A DNA stretch of 64,000 nt, from positions 29,576,001 through 29,640,000 of the forward strand of contig NC_087437.1 in the NCBI RefSeq assembly GCF_036321535.1, read 5' to 3'. The notes under the pieces are model-generated. The model did no database searches and was not told where the DNA came from. It saw only the letters and a program-made list of their open reading frames with translations. This stretch comes from Camelus dromedarius. Lineage: Eukaryota. Every line of letters begins with the position of its first letter. The stretch's first letter is position 1. Below are positions 11,575-21,900 of the stretch, in pieces. The translations under genes and the position numbers were made by a program.

Positions 11575-12507
11575 TGGTACAGGTTATTGAAGTTATTACA
11601 GCTCAGCTGCACATTCACCCTTTTTGCACGCTCTGTGATAACAGAATTGGGCTTTGCAAATATTTCCCCTTCGCCACCTAGCAAGATATTAAGCCTTGTT
11701 TATAGAGAGTCTTAGAGGGAGAAGAGTTTCCTCCTCTTGGTTCCCGGGTGGATCTCTTTCCAGGCTCCAGCACAGAGTGCTTCTTCTCCATTGCTTGCCC
11801 TCCTATGCTGAGTTCCAGAAGCATGTGCCTTTCTCCAATATCTGGCTGCAGCACGCTCTTTCTAGCTTTCAACTCAAGCATCAATGGCATAGCCAGGGGC
11901 TACAGACAGTGCAAGCTGGTGCCCCAGCCTAGATCACTGTGCCCAGCCTCGTGTATACATATGCCCGGGATCCTGCAAGTCTGGTCACCTAGCAGCCCGG
12001 CAGCTGACCTTAATTTCTTGCAAATGACCTGGAAATGCCCTGGTCCAAACTACACACAGAAGTGGACTAGACACCTGCAGCACCTGCAGAGGGCAGTCTC
12101 CTCTGCCTCCCAGTGGTCACCAGGTATCCCCAGCACCTCACAAGTTTCTGAGGCTTGGTAATTCCCTATGGACAGCCTTCTCTAACACCCAGAGGGAAGA
12201 TCTCTGGCAAGTTCTACCAGTACACTTCCTCCGTGACTTCCTGCCATCTAGTGAACCATGCCAGCCCCCTCCAGGGAAGCCTGAATCAACCTGGGTGGGG
12301 AAGCTTCCTTCCTTGGAGATGATATTTCACCCCAGAGGTGGTGGCTGCTCCTTATATCTGCTACCCTTGTATCCTCTACAGTTCTCTTTACTTCTCACAA
12401 GTTAATTCTGTTACTTTATTCTACTGTTAATAATTCTTTATATTAAACTTTACTTTTTCTAAACACTTTTTGGTTTTTTGTCTCATGACTTGACCCTGAC
12501 TGATACA
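11575..12507 (+). mobile_element. ERVL solo LTR (LTR41-like)
   Basis: GC-richer block ending ttatattaaac...gtctcatgacttgaccctgactgataca, a typical ERVL LTR 3' end. Confidence 0.7.
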
Positions 12508-12599
12508 GACATCTTAGTCAGAAACTACTCTTGATTTGGTCCTTTGTTTGGGCAACACATAGAGATAAAGAGAGAGAGAATAAATGTAAGTCATTTAAA

Positions 12600-12800
12600 A
12601 AAGCAATCTAACCTATATTGAATTCTTATTACATACAGGGCATGATGCTAAGCCCCTGATGGACACTAGTCTCTTCACTCTCACAGTACCCTGCAGAGTG
12701 TGCCTTATTTAATACTATGTCATAGATGCAGAAACTTGCTCAGATTCACACAGCCAGTGGTGGCAGTGTTTCCCACTGCAGAGCTCTGATTTTGCAAAAA
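12600..12800 (-). mobile_element. MIR SINE
   Basis: gggcatgatgctaagc...ctctcacagtaccctgc...atagatgcagaaactt. Confidence 0.7.
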
Positions 12801-12936
12801 CACTCACTATACAGCCCTCCAAATTACATGTATCTTAGACTAAGATTTAAAATGTTCTTTTAAAATATAAAGTGTTCCTTCTCATATTATAATATCCTAG
12901 GTCTTGAAATATCCCAAATTTTAATAAATGGACTGT

Positions 12937-13290
12937 TGTATTAGTATGCTTTGGCTGCTATAACAAAATACTATAGACGGGGTGGTTTTAACAGCAAACA
13001 TTTATTTCTCATAGTTTTGGAGGCTGGAAAGTCAATGTGCTGGCCCATTGGGTTCCTGGTGAGAGCCCTATTCTTGGCTTGTAAATAGCAGCCTTCTCTC
13101 AGTGTCCTTACCTGGTGGAGAGACAGAGTGAACTCCAGTCTCTCTTCCTCTTCGTAAAAGGACACTCATCCACCTCAGGGACCCCACCCCCGTTACCTCA
13201 TCTAAACCCGGTTATCCAAATTCCATCACATTGTGGGTTAGGGCTTCAACATATGAATTTTGAGGGGACACAAACATTCAGTTCATAACA
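12937..13290 (-). mobile_element. MaLR solo LTR, MLT1A/MLT1A0
   Basis: tgtattagt...ggctgctataacaaaatac...gttagggcttcaacatatgaattttgaggggacacaaacattcagttcataaca. Flanks actgt/gctgt match at 4 of 5 positions. Confidence 0.9.
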
Positions 13291-13924
13291 GCTGTGGAGA
13301 AATTAAATATTGGTATCATTTTTTATACTAGTTCCTTGTTTTTATGTGAAGTGGTTTTAACATAGAACTAAAGGAAAGAACTAAAGTTCATCTAGGTCAT
13401 TGCCTAAACTTCAAGTTCTGTAGTCAAATAATTCAATAAAGAATGAGGCGTGAAGGATTTTTTCTCTAATAAAAACTGTAGTTGGTATTTCTAAGATAAG
13501 TTGTCTAATTATTCACTAATTATAAATCCTTGTAGTCCTATTGCTATTTATATTATCCCATGAAAAAAATATTAAGTATCCAAGCTAACATTTATAGGAT
13601 ATAGTACAGTCAAATTCAATTTGCTGTATCTGCAAAATTTCTCCATTGATTATTTTCTTTTAGTATTCAAGCTGACATTCTAATTACAGAAAATGAAATG
13701 TTTATCTAGGAATATCATTCAAAAAGAGTAAGGGATTAATGGTCTAGGCAGAACTAGAAAGGGAAAAAAATTAAATGGAGAGAAAAATTTATACTCTTCA
13801 AATTAATTCTCTAAAATTTGTTTCTGTGAAAGTAAAATGAATTAATGATAAGTGGTACTAGCCAGTTCTGTATCGTGTGTTTGTGTGTGTGTGTCTGTGT
13901 GTGTATATACAACTCTGTCTATTT

Positions 13925-14050
13925 CTTTCTCAGTTCTACTTCATTATAGGTATGTGAGCTTGGGCAGATTTTTTAAGCCTCTGAAACATTTATCAATAAG
14001 TAAGTATAATTACTACCTTGCAGGTGGTTGTAAGTGTAAGTGATCATAGA
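13925..14050 (+). mobile_element. MIR SINE fragment
   Basis: tatgtgagcttgggcagattttttaagcctctg...tactaccttgcaggtggttgtaag. Confidence 0.7.
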
Positions 14051-14680
14051 TATGCACATGTGGAAAGCCTCAACAAATTTATCTCCTCTGTGCCCTTTCT
14101 CAGGGGACTGGTGGAAGATGTGCTTCACTCAACCAATAAAAGGAAGACATGAGATTCAAGAAACTAGAGATGCAACACAGGAGAGCAGTAGAAGAAATCA
14201 CACCCCTTGTCTTCTGGTCATGGTGAGGAGAACTACTACTAACTACAAACTACTAACTACTAATTACTGGGTTAGAGCAGGAAGATGGAGGGCTGAAGGA
14301 AAGGTACCACTAACAAAACCAAATCTGATCAATTACCCAGTGTGTTTGAAGATATCAAGAGGGCATGAATAAGTGATTGAGACATAGAAATAGTAGCTAT
14401 TAACTCCAGGATACTCAACCTTGTACAACAAAAGAAAAGTAGACCACGTGGCTCAGCTATGAATAATATTTACAGTCGGTATACAGTCTAAATACAGTAT
14501 TGAGAGAACAAAATATATTGAGATGATGGGAGGAGGGCTATAAGGGAGCTAAATCCTCACCTCCCAATAATAGGAAACCATAAAATATTACATAAAACTG
14601 AAAAAAAATCAAGAAATGGAAATATAAGCATTTTTGTTGATAATGATGATAAATACCAGGAGAAATAGGTAAAAGTCAAA
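14050..14680 (+). mobile_element. HAL1 3' portion
   Basis: aaatttatctcctctgtgccctttctcagg...ggaagacatgagattcaagaaac...gtggctcagctatgaataatatttac...gagctaaatcctcacctccc. Confidence 0.75.
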
Positions 14681-14815
14681 TCATTCCACAAAGTGAACAT
14701 CTACAAACAGCGGCAGTCCCCGCCCACCCATTCTTCCCCCATCTCCCCTTCCCAGAGGACATCACTTCTACTCTTTCAGCGGTTTTGTCTGGTATTTACC
14801 AACATGTTTCTAAAA
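14681..14815 (-). mobile_element. HAL1 3' end fragment in inverted orientation
   Basis: cccagaggacatcacttctactctttcagcggttttgtctggtatttacc is the reverse complement of the HAL1 3' motif. Confidence 0.55.
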
Positions 14816-15071
14816 GGTAAGATTCAGTTTGCAAAGAGACAGACTGTAGGTTTATATACCTATCTCAAGGTCCAGTCCGTGGTAAGTAGCTACTCTTACT
14901 TCTGTGTGGTTGTTGCCGTTTCGTGAAGAAAGCCTTCGATGTTATGTTACAAGCATTGATATGCATTAGGGGACACACCATTGGGACCATCAAAGATTTC
15001 AAGACCCAAGGAACCCTTTGCACTGAGAGTCAGCAAGATGGACTCATTTTGTGCTTTATCTTCCTATGCAG

Positions 15072-15171
15072 GACACCAAGAGGAGAAGCTAGGCTGGGGA
15101 AGGTGGGTGTGGAACTCTGCGCATCAGGGAATGCCTGCCAGGTTGGAGGTACTCTCCCGTAGACAGAGGAG
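15072..15171 (+). other. Candidate 100-nt exon (transcript unknown, possibly non-coding)
   Basis: Acceptor ttttgtgctttatcttcctatgcag and donor GAG|gtgagt, in non-repetitive, GC-richer sequence. Confidence 0.3.
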
Positions 15172-17124
15172 GTGAGTGAGCATGAGCTGTTTGCTGTCAG
15201 ATGGCATTTGAGGTTACGGTTGTGCCAAGTGCCTACCCTGGACCCATAGTTACTTATGAAAGACATACGCCATACCTTCCCATAGAACTCCTCCCAGATG
15301 CCTAAATGCCACTTCCCAGGAGGGTGACCCTCTGTGCTATGAAGAGGAAAGGAAAGGACATCAGAGTCAGGACTAGGAAGTGCATTGTTTTCTCCTCACG
15401 AGTCGGAAAACTAAACCATAAGGTCTGCAAAGGCACAGAGCGCTCTAGGCCAACCAGGAATGACCCTGCTGAATGTGCCCCACTCCCAGAAAATCTGTAT
15501 GACGAGAGGACCAAGCAGAACCCTAGGCCAGAAGTGCTCTGAAAAGGGGCACTTCTCAACTGTAGTGAACCTTAGTGGCGTTTTAAAAATAAAAAAGAAT
15601 TCTCAAGAAGTGAAAACACCTATTCCCAGGAACTTGCTTATTAGAGATCAGAGCAGGGCAGTCTCTCTTCCTCTTCTTCCACCACTCTGTTCGGATTTTA
15701 TACCTTATCAGTAAAGCGGTTGCAAAGCTTGAATGCATCCCAGCCTTCACCTGAGGAGGCTGGCCCGTGTTTGAAGACTCCCTGGAGAGTGACTTGGGAG
15801 TACTTAATAGACGCCTCTGGAATACGAGCAGGACTGTTCAGTGGAGCATCCCACTCCGGAGCAGCTGCAACTGCTCTTTTTCCCAGCTGTGCCAGGCCCT
15901 CGGCTGCCAGCAGGGGTAAGAGGCAGAGCTTCCCAGAGACCCACAGGGTCATTGCAGGTCTTTGCTGAAGAAAGCTCAGCTTTTAAGAAAGAGGTAACTG
16001 TTAATCTTCGGCTTAGTGTCTGAGCTTGACTAGTTTTTGCAAAACAAAATATAAATCACGCACGAATTTGCTTTTGCCAGTTGGTGAGCCTAATGCCATC
16101 TAGGAATGTTGATTCTGTCAAAGGCACATGGGAACCCACTTCTGGGACTCTGTGGGTCAGCCGCAGTCACTTTGTATTGTGAAGCTTGATCTGCCCTTGG
16201 CAGCCTGTGATGCTCAGCGTCAGAGGCAGGCAGGCCCCGCTCCACCCACACATTCTTACAAAGAGGAAAGCTACTTCCTGTTTTTTAAATGGCCTTTTGT
16301 TATTGACACCTGTAGGGACGACTGCTTAATAGAAACTCTTTAGATTAGAGGGGTACTAGGCAATCTAATGAGGACTCTGTCTTCCAAAACTCATTTCAGT
16401 CAGTAATAACAAAGGGGCAGGAGATTAAAACATCTCCCCAGGCCTCCCAGAGGACAGAGGTCTAAGGAACTTACTCTTAGAACACAGACGTGATCAAAGG
16501 AACAACAAACTATTAGGCATCTTAATATGAATGTTCTAAGCCGTGAGACATGTTTGTAATTCCATCACTAAGTTATAAAACAGTTTTTGGCTGCCTTGAG
16601 TAATTAGAAGGGTGTTTTTCCTGAAAGTCCCCACATGTCTATAGTAAAAACATCTGTCCAACATCTGCCAAGAGTAAGAATTCACACACTGAGGAAAATT
16701 GCTTTCGCTCACGAATAGCAAACCTTCAGTGACAGTCGACAAAAAAAAAATCTAAGCTTTTATTTTATTGAAATTATGTTTTTGATTTCTGGCATTACAA
16801 AAGGAGCATTTAAAATGTAAATTGATTCACAGTGGTCCTGTTAACTGAGGCCAGCTGTGCAGAGGAGGACTAGACATCATTTGGTCTCTTATTTGGTCTT
16901 GTTTCCCTTCCCTGGTTTCCTCCATAGGCACCCCTGCAACATGAAAACACACTGTCTACTCAGGTTGCTAAGGTGCAAACAAATGAAACTGATTCATAAT
17001 TCATAGATCCCTGGCAGGGAAATGCTTCCAGTGTTTCATAGACGAGAGATCAAACTTGTAATCTATTAAGATGAAAAAATGTACAAATCCTATGGCCCCG
17101 CAAATTTGTTTCTTGATATCTACC

Positions 17125-17752
17125 TGCACCAGTCAGCATGTTGTCAGAGAAGCAGACCGCCAGGATATAAATACATATATTTGGGGTTGGACCTTATGCT
17201 TTTGTGGGAGCTGGCTGCATAGTCGATATGTGGCCGTTGTTTCTGTGTCTGGTGCAGGAGCTTGAAATCCACAGGGCCGGCGGTCAGGAAGGGAAAATGG
17301 AAGTAATGTAGGGGAAGGAAGAACGAACTGGAATCTTGGAGACTGAGGCTGAAGCCACCAGGAAGGATGAGAATCTGCGTTAGACTCTCAGCACCACCGA
17401 ACTTCTCACTTGGTTGATCAGGGCATCCTACAGGAGGAGCCTACCCATGCCCCCATGGACTAAACACGCACCTATCCCAGGAGACAGAGAAGCTGAAGCA
17501 GGAGACCCCACTGGGCTGGCCTAGCGTGACCCAGCTTCTACCCCGGTGCAGTGACAGGAGCCAGTAGAAAGCCATAGGGTACATGAGCTGAGGCATCACC
17601 GACCTTCCAGGATAAAAACAATATGGCGCCTGCTAACTTCCACCTTCCAAAGCCCATGAAAAATCCTCCTTAGAGCCCACACTGTGTAGGGACTATGTAA
17701 GAGAGAATTCCCAGAAACATAGTTCCAGTTTTGCAAAGGTGAAAAAACACAG
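17125..17752 (-). mobile_element. ERVL solo LTR (LTR50-like)
   Basis: gtcagagaagcagacc...ccttatgcttttgtgggagctgg...aacttccaccttccaaa...gaattcccagaaacatagttccag. Confidence 0.7.
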
Positions 17753-17769
17753 ATCTGCTCAGCCTACAG

Positions 17770-18030
17770 AAATACACTCTCATATGCCCCAGGAGGCAGG
17801 CATAAAACATGCATGTTACATTGTCTGTATTAAAAATTGGAAACCCCTTAAGACCTGAGCTATAGCCATATGAGACATACCACAATTCCATCAAATGAGG
17901 TTGAGCAACGTTTTAATGTGTAAAGAGTTCTATGCCAAATTGTTGGGTATGGAAAGAGTTATATACACAATATGATAGCATGTTTTAAAAACACCTAACA
18001 CAAAATACTACTAAATGTAGTTGCATGGGT
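17770..18030 (+). mobile_element. L1ME-type 3' fragment
   Basis: cattgtctgtattaaaaattggaaacc...aatatgatagcatgttttaaaa. Confidence 0.5.
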
Positions 18031-18035
18031 ACCTT

Positions 18036-18893
18036 TATTTATTCAACACATATTTATCACCTACTAAGTGTCAGATACTCTTCTAAGCACAAGGGGTTTA
18101 GTAATCTAAAAAACTCTGTCCTCAGAGAGCTTATATTCTAGTTGAGGAGGCAGATGATAAAAAGTAAATAAATAAATAAAATAAGGCATGACTTAGGTGG
18201 TGATAAATGCTACAGAGGCAAAGAAAACTAGAGAAAAGAATAATGAACATTCAGAGTGATTGTGCCTTTAGATGAAGAGGCCAGGAAAGGTGATATTTAA
18301 GTAAAGGTTGGAAGGAGGTAAGAGAGCTAGTTGTGTGGATATTTGGGGTGAGGGGGTGGTAGTGTTCTCAGATGAGAAACAAACAAGTGCAAAAGCCCTG
18401 GGGCATGGGTGTGTCTGGTGTGTTGGAGGAGAAATGAACAAAGGGGAGCAGAGTAACCTGTAAATCAGGTCAAGTAGAACCTGATAGGTCATAAGGCAGA
18501 CTTCGGATTTTACTCAGCGATAAAAGTCTTCAGAGACGTTCAGGTAGGGAATCTGAAAGTTAAAAGAGATCCTCTTGGCTGCTGTGTTGCGACAAGACTG
18601 TAGAGACACCAGAGGGAACATGGACACTAGTTAGGCAGCTACTACAATTATCCAGGCAAGACATGGAGTGGCTTAGACTCCAGTGGTGATGATGAAGTGG
18701 TTGGGTTCTGAATACAGTTTAAAGGCAGAGCCTGCAGGATTCCCTGAACCCTGGAAATGGGCTGTGAGAGAGAGAGGAGTCAAGGATGACTCAGCCTGAG
18801 CAGTGGAGGTAGGGGAAGCCATGACAGGAGATGAGTTTGGAGCTGGTTGAGTCTGAGACAACTATTAGACATCCCAATGGAATTGTCAAGTGG
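18036..18893 (-). mobile_element. L2 (L2a-like) 3' region
   Basis: attcaacacatatttatcacctactaagtg...gagcttatattctagt...gagagagaggagtcaaggatgactc...ctattagacatccc. Confidence 0.9.
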
Positions 18894-19980
18894 CTTCTTA
18901 TCTTTTTGAAGCCACAGTCTTCTCACACCGTATTAAAGATAGGCCTGGCTCTTTGCAACTGCATCTTCCAATGGACACCGCTGCAAAGTTAACTGGCTTA
19001 CATGTAACCCCTGGAAGTTCAGAAAGGACTTCCAAGGCACGAAGTCTGTGTTCAGAAACAAGGGCATGTGGCTGACCTTCTTCCATCAGCTTGTTTATAC
19101 TACCCATACCAGAGGGCACATCCTGTACGTGACCTCTTTAACCACAAACACTGGGGAAAATGAAGTAGAATTTAGCTAATAACCTACTTGAATTAAATCT
19201 TTCTTTTTTCCTTTCTTGTTAAAGATAACCAGTTGTCTGGCAGATTTTTTTTCCAAACATTTAAATGTGCTGATGCAGCTTATTTTTTGGTTTTGTTTTA
19301 TTAGACTTAACACGGGAGAAAATGATCAACAAGCCTTGTGCCATCATCATCCTTTTATTTCACAACAGTCGTCTGGGTTTGTGAATGTTTGTTTCCCGAG
19401 ATAAACTCATGGAAATGCACTGTGGAGATGAATGAACTCTAATTAGTTTAGCACTCCAATTGGGGGGATCTGATTTCATGGAAACAGCACAAGGCTAAAA
19501 TATCTTACCTTGACACACTTACAATACAGATGTTTCAAATATGAATGGATGGCATGAATAGCAGAAGCACTTTTAAAAACCAGATTCTTATATTACTATT
19601 TTTAATTTTGTACTATCAATTGCTTAAATTAATTTGTAGGCGATAATTTCCATTAATATGAGAGAGTCAGCTTGTCTTCTTTCTCTTTTCTTTGGTTCCC
19701 ACGTATAAGGGACTGTGGGACTAAATAAATCATTATATATTCTACATGCAATTCTCCTGCGACAGCCTTTCAAAAATGAGTTAGGAAGCTTGAATATTAA
19801 ATGCCAGCAATCCATGACTAGGATAAGGTCAGTTTCAAGGATAAAGACGTTTTTGATTTGAGTACTTGGTTACACTTGCATAAAAGCAATTTCAACAATA
19901 AGGCTTTGTTATTGTGTCTAATTTATGAAGAAAGTCATTGCTCTCCAATAATTTTACTTAAAAAGATGGTATATAAATTT

Positions 19981-20024
19981 TCTCTCTCCTCTTTCTGTCT
20001 GTCTCTCTCGCTCTCTCTCTCTCA

Positions 20025-20072
<48 letters not shown>
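19981..20072. repeat. Compound (CT)n(CA)n microsatellite
   Basis: CT-rich tract followed by about 23 CA units. Confidence 0.95.
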
Positions 20073-20073
<1 letters not shown>

Positions 20074-20296
20074 CCATCACTGAGTTGAATCCCATCACAA
20101 TGGCTTTTTAATTCTGATAAAACACAAGTTTTTACAGAGAATACAAGCAAAGCTAGCCTGTTGATAATGTCCTGAAGCCTTCCCTTGTGGCTTCTATTTT
20201 TGCATTAGTATTGATTTGCCAGGTTTAAACTATCATCATCATCAATGGCACAAGCCTTTGTATGAATATAATTAACTCACTAAATTCTGTATTTCA

Positions 20297-20432
20297 CGGC
20301 TGGGGAAGGCATAGCTCAGTGGTAGAGTGTGCACCTAGCATGCATGAGGTCCTAGGTTCAACCCCCAGTACCCCTGTCCAAATAATACATAAATAAACCT
20401 AATTACTCCCCCCAAAAACCAACAAAAGTAAA
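20297..20432 (+). mobile_element. tRNA-derived SINE, Vic-1-type (camelid)
   Basis: A box tagctcagtgg (20312-20322), B box ggttcaacccc (20355-20365) and an A-rich tail. Perfect 16-bp TSD taaattctgtatttca at 20281-20296 and 20433-20448. Confidence 0.9.
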
Positions 20433-20619
20433 TAAATTCTGTATTTCAAATCATAAGTCAACCTAACTAGTGAACACTTTTTTTGGACTGTTAAAATTAC
20501 ACATATGTTTGGAAGTAATAAATTAACTATTTTTATCCACTAATTTCTATGCACTTACTAACGAAGTCCCTATGATGTGAATAGTTCTAAAAATGCAGAG
20601 ACCTATCATTGTTGAGAAC

Positions 20620-20850
20620 ACATGAATATTTACTTCGTGTTGTTAGGTGTGACAATGCATTTTAGGTATGCAGCCACATACCTACATTTTTAGGGTACTC
20701 TGGGTTGTCTGTGATATTGGGTGCTTTAAAATACCTCACAGAAAGGCATCGATAAAGCACATGTGCAAAATCTTGATAATGGGTGATGTGTATATGAAAG
20801 TTCATTAACTATATTCTCTCTTGTGTATGTTTGAAATTTTTCATAATAGA
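20620..20850 (+). mobile_element. L1MC4/5-type 3' end fragment
   Basis: ttaggtgtgacaatg...gggtgatgtgtatatgaaagttcatt...tgtatgtttgaaatttttcataata. Confidence 0.7.
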
Positions 20851-21079
20851 GCGTAAAAATCAGTCCACTTCTATCAATCAGCTCCCTTTTTTACAAATAG
20901 TAAAATGAAATTTCTCATACAGAAATGTGATTTCTTATCACTTGGTCCCTATACTGGTGAAAATATGCTGATGTAGGCTGCATATCTAGGCTGACTGTCC
21001 ACAGAGAGGGCAGGAGAGCTACCATTCAGGGAAAGATCCTTTTTTCCATTTATTTCCAACATGATGGCATTTAATCCAC

Positions 21080-21220
21080 ATGACCTTCTGAAATTTCAGT
21101 ATTGCCGATGGAAAAACTTGAGACTCAGAAAGAGGTTAAGTAACTTGCCAAATTCACATAAATAGTAAGTGCTGAAGCCAGGCTGTGAATCTAGATGGGA
21201 GTGCCTCTAAATATTGTTCT
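21080..21220 (-). mobile_element. MIR SINE
   Basis: gatggaaaaacttgagactcag...gaggttaagtaacttgccaaattcaca...gctgaagccaggctgtgaatctag. Confidence 0.8.
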
Positions 21221-21444
21221 GGGGTCTTTGGGGTGAATTTCTGAAGAAATTTCAATCACCACCGTTAATGTTAATAAGAAACTAAAGCACAATTCTGATC
21301 CTGTGTCCTTGCTGCTAGGACGTTTAAATGCTTCCTTATTAGCTAAGAGCGAACAAAAAGCCTTAGAAGGCTGACGCGTGTGCTCTTAAATGGCTCCAGC
21401 CTTGCCCGTATAACCTCAGTCCCTGCAAGCCCCTCTGTACACAC

Positions 21445-21900
21445 TGTGCTGGTTAATGTTATGGGTCAGTTTGACTGGGTCATGGGATACCCAGATACTT
21501 GGTTAAACAGTATTCTGAGTGTGTCTGTGAGGATGGTTCTGGATGAGATTAACATCTGAACCAGAAGACTGAATGAAGCAGATGGCTCTTCTCAGTGTGG
21601 GTGAGCTACGGCCAGTCCACTGAAGGCCTGAATAGGAGAAGGCGGAATAAGAGAGAATTTGCTCTTTCTCAGTGTCCTTGAGTTGGCACTTTTGGTGTTC
21701 TCCTGCCTGTGGCTTTGGACTTGGACTGGAATTAAATCATTGGCTCTCTTGGTTCCCAGGCCTTTGGACTCGGACTGGAACCATACCACAGATGCTCCTT
21801 GGTCTTCAGCTTGCTGACTGCAGATCCTGGGACTTCTCAGCCTCAGTAACTCCGTAAGTCAATTTCCTTATAGTAAATCACTTCTTATATTATTGGTTCC
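21445..21900 (+). mobile_element. ERVL LTR, MLT2 (MLT2D-like)
   Basis: tgtgctggttaatgttatgggtcagtttgactggg...ctggatgagattaacat...cagcttgctgactgcagatcctgggacttctcagcctc. Confidence 0.9.

Noticed and set aside
11678..12161. Overlapping ORFs of up to 137 aa
   Set aside because: They lie within a GC-richer LTR41-like LTR and show no protein motif
20302..20375. tRNA gene
   Set aside because: A and B boxes are present, but it continues into a SINE tail and is bounded by a 16-bp TSD
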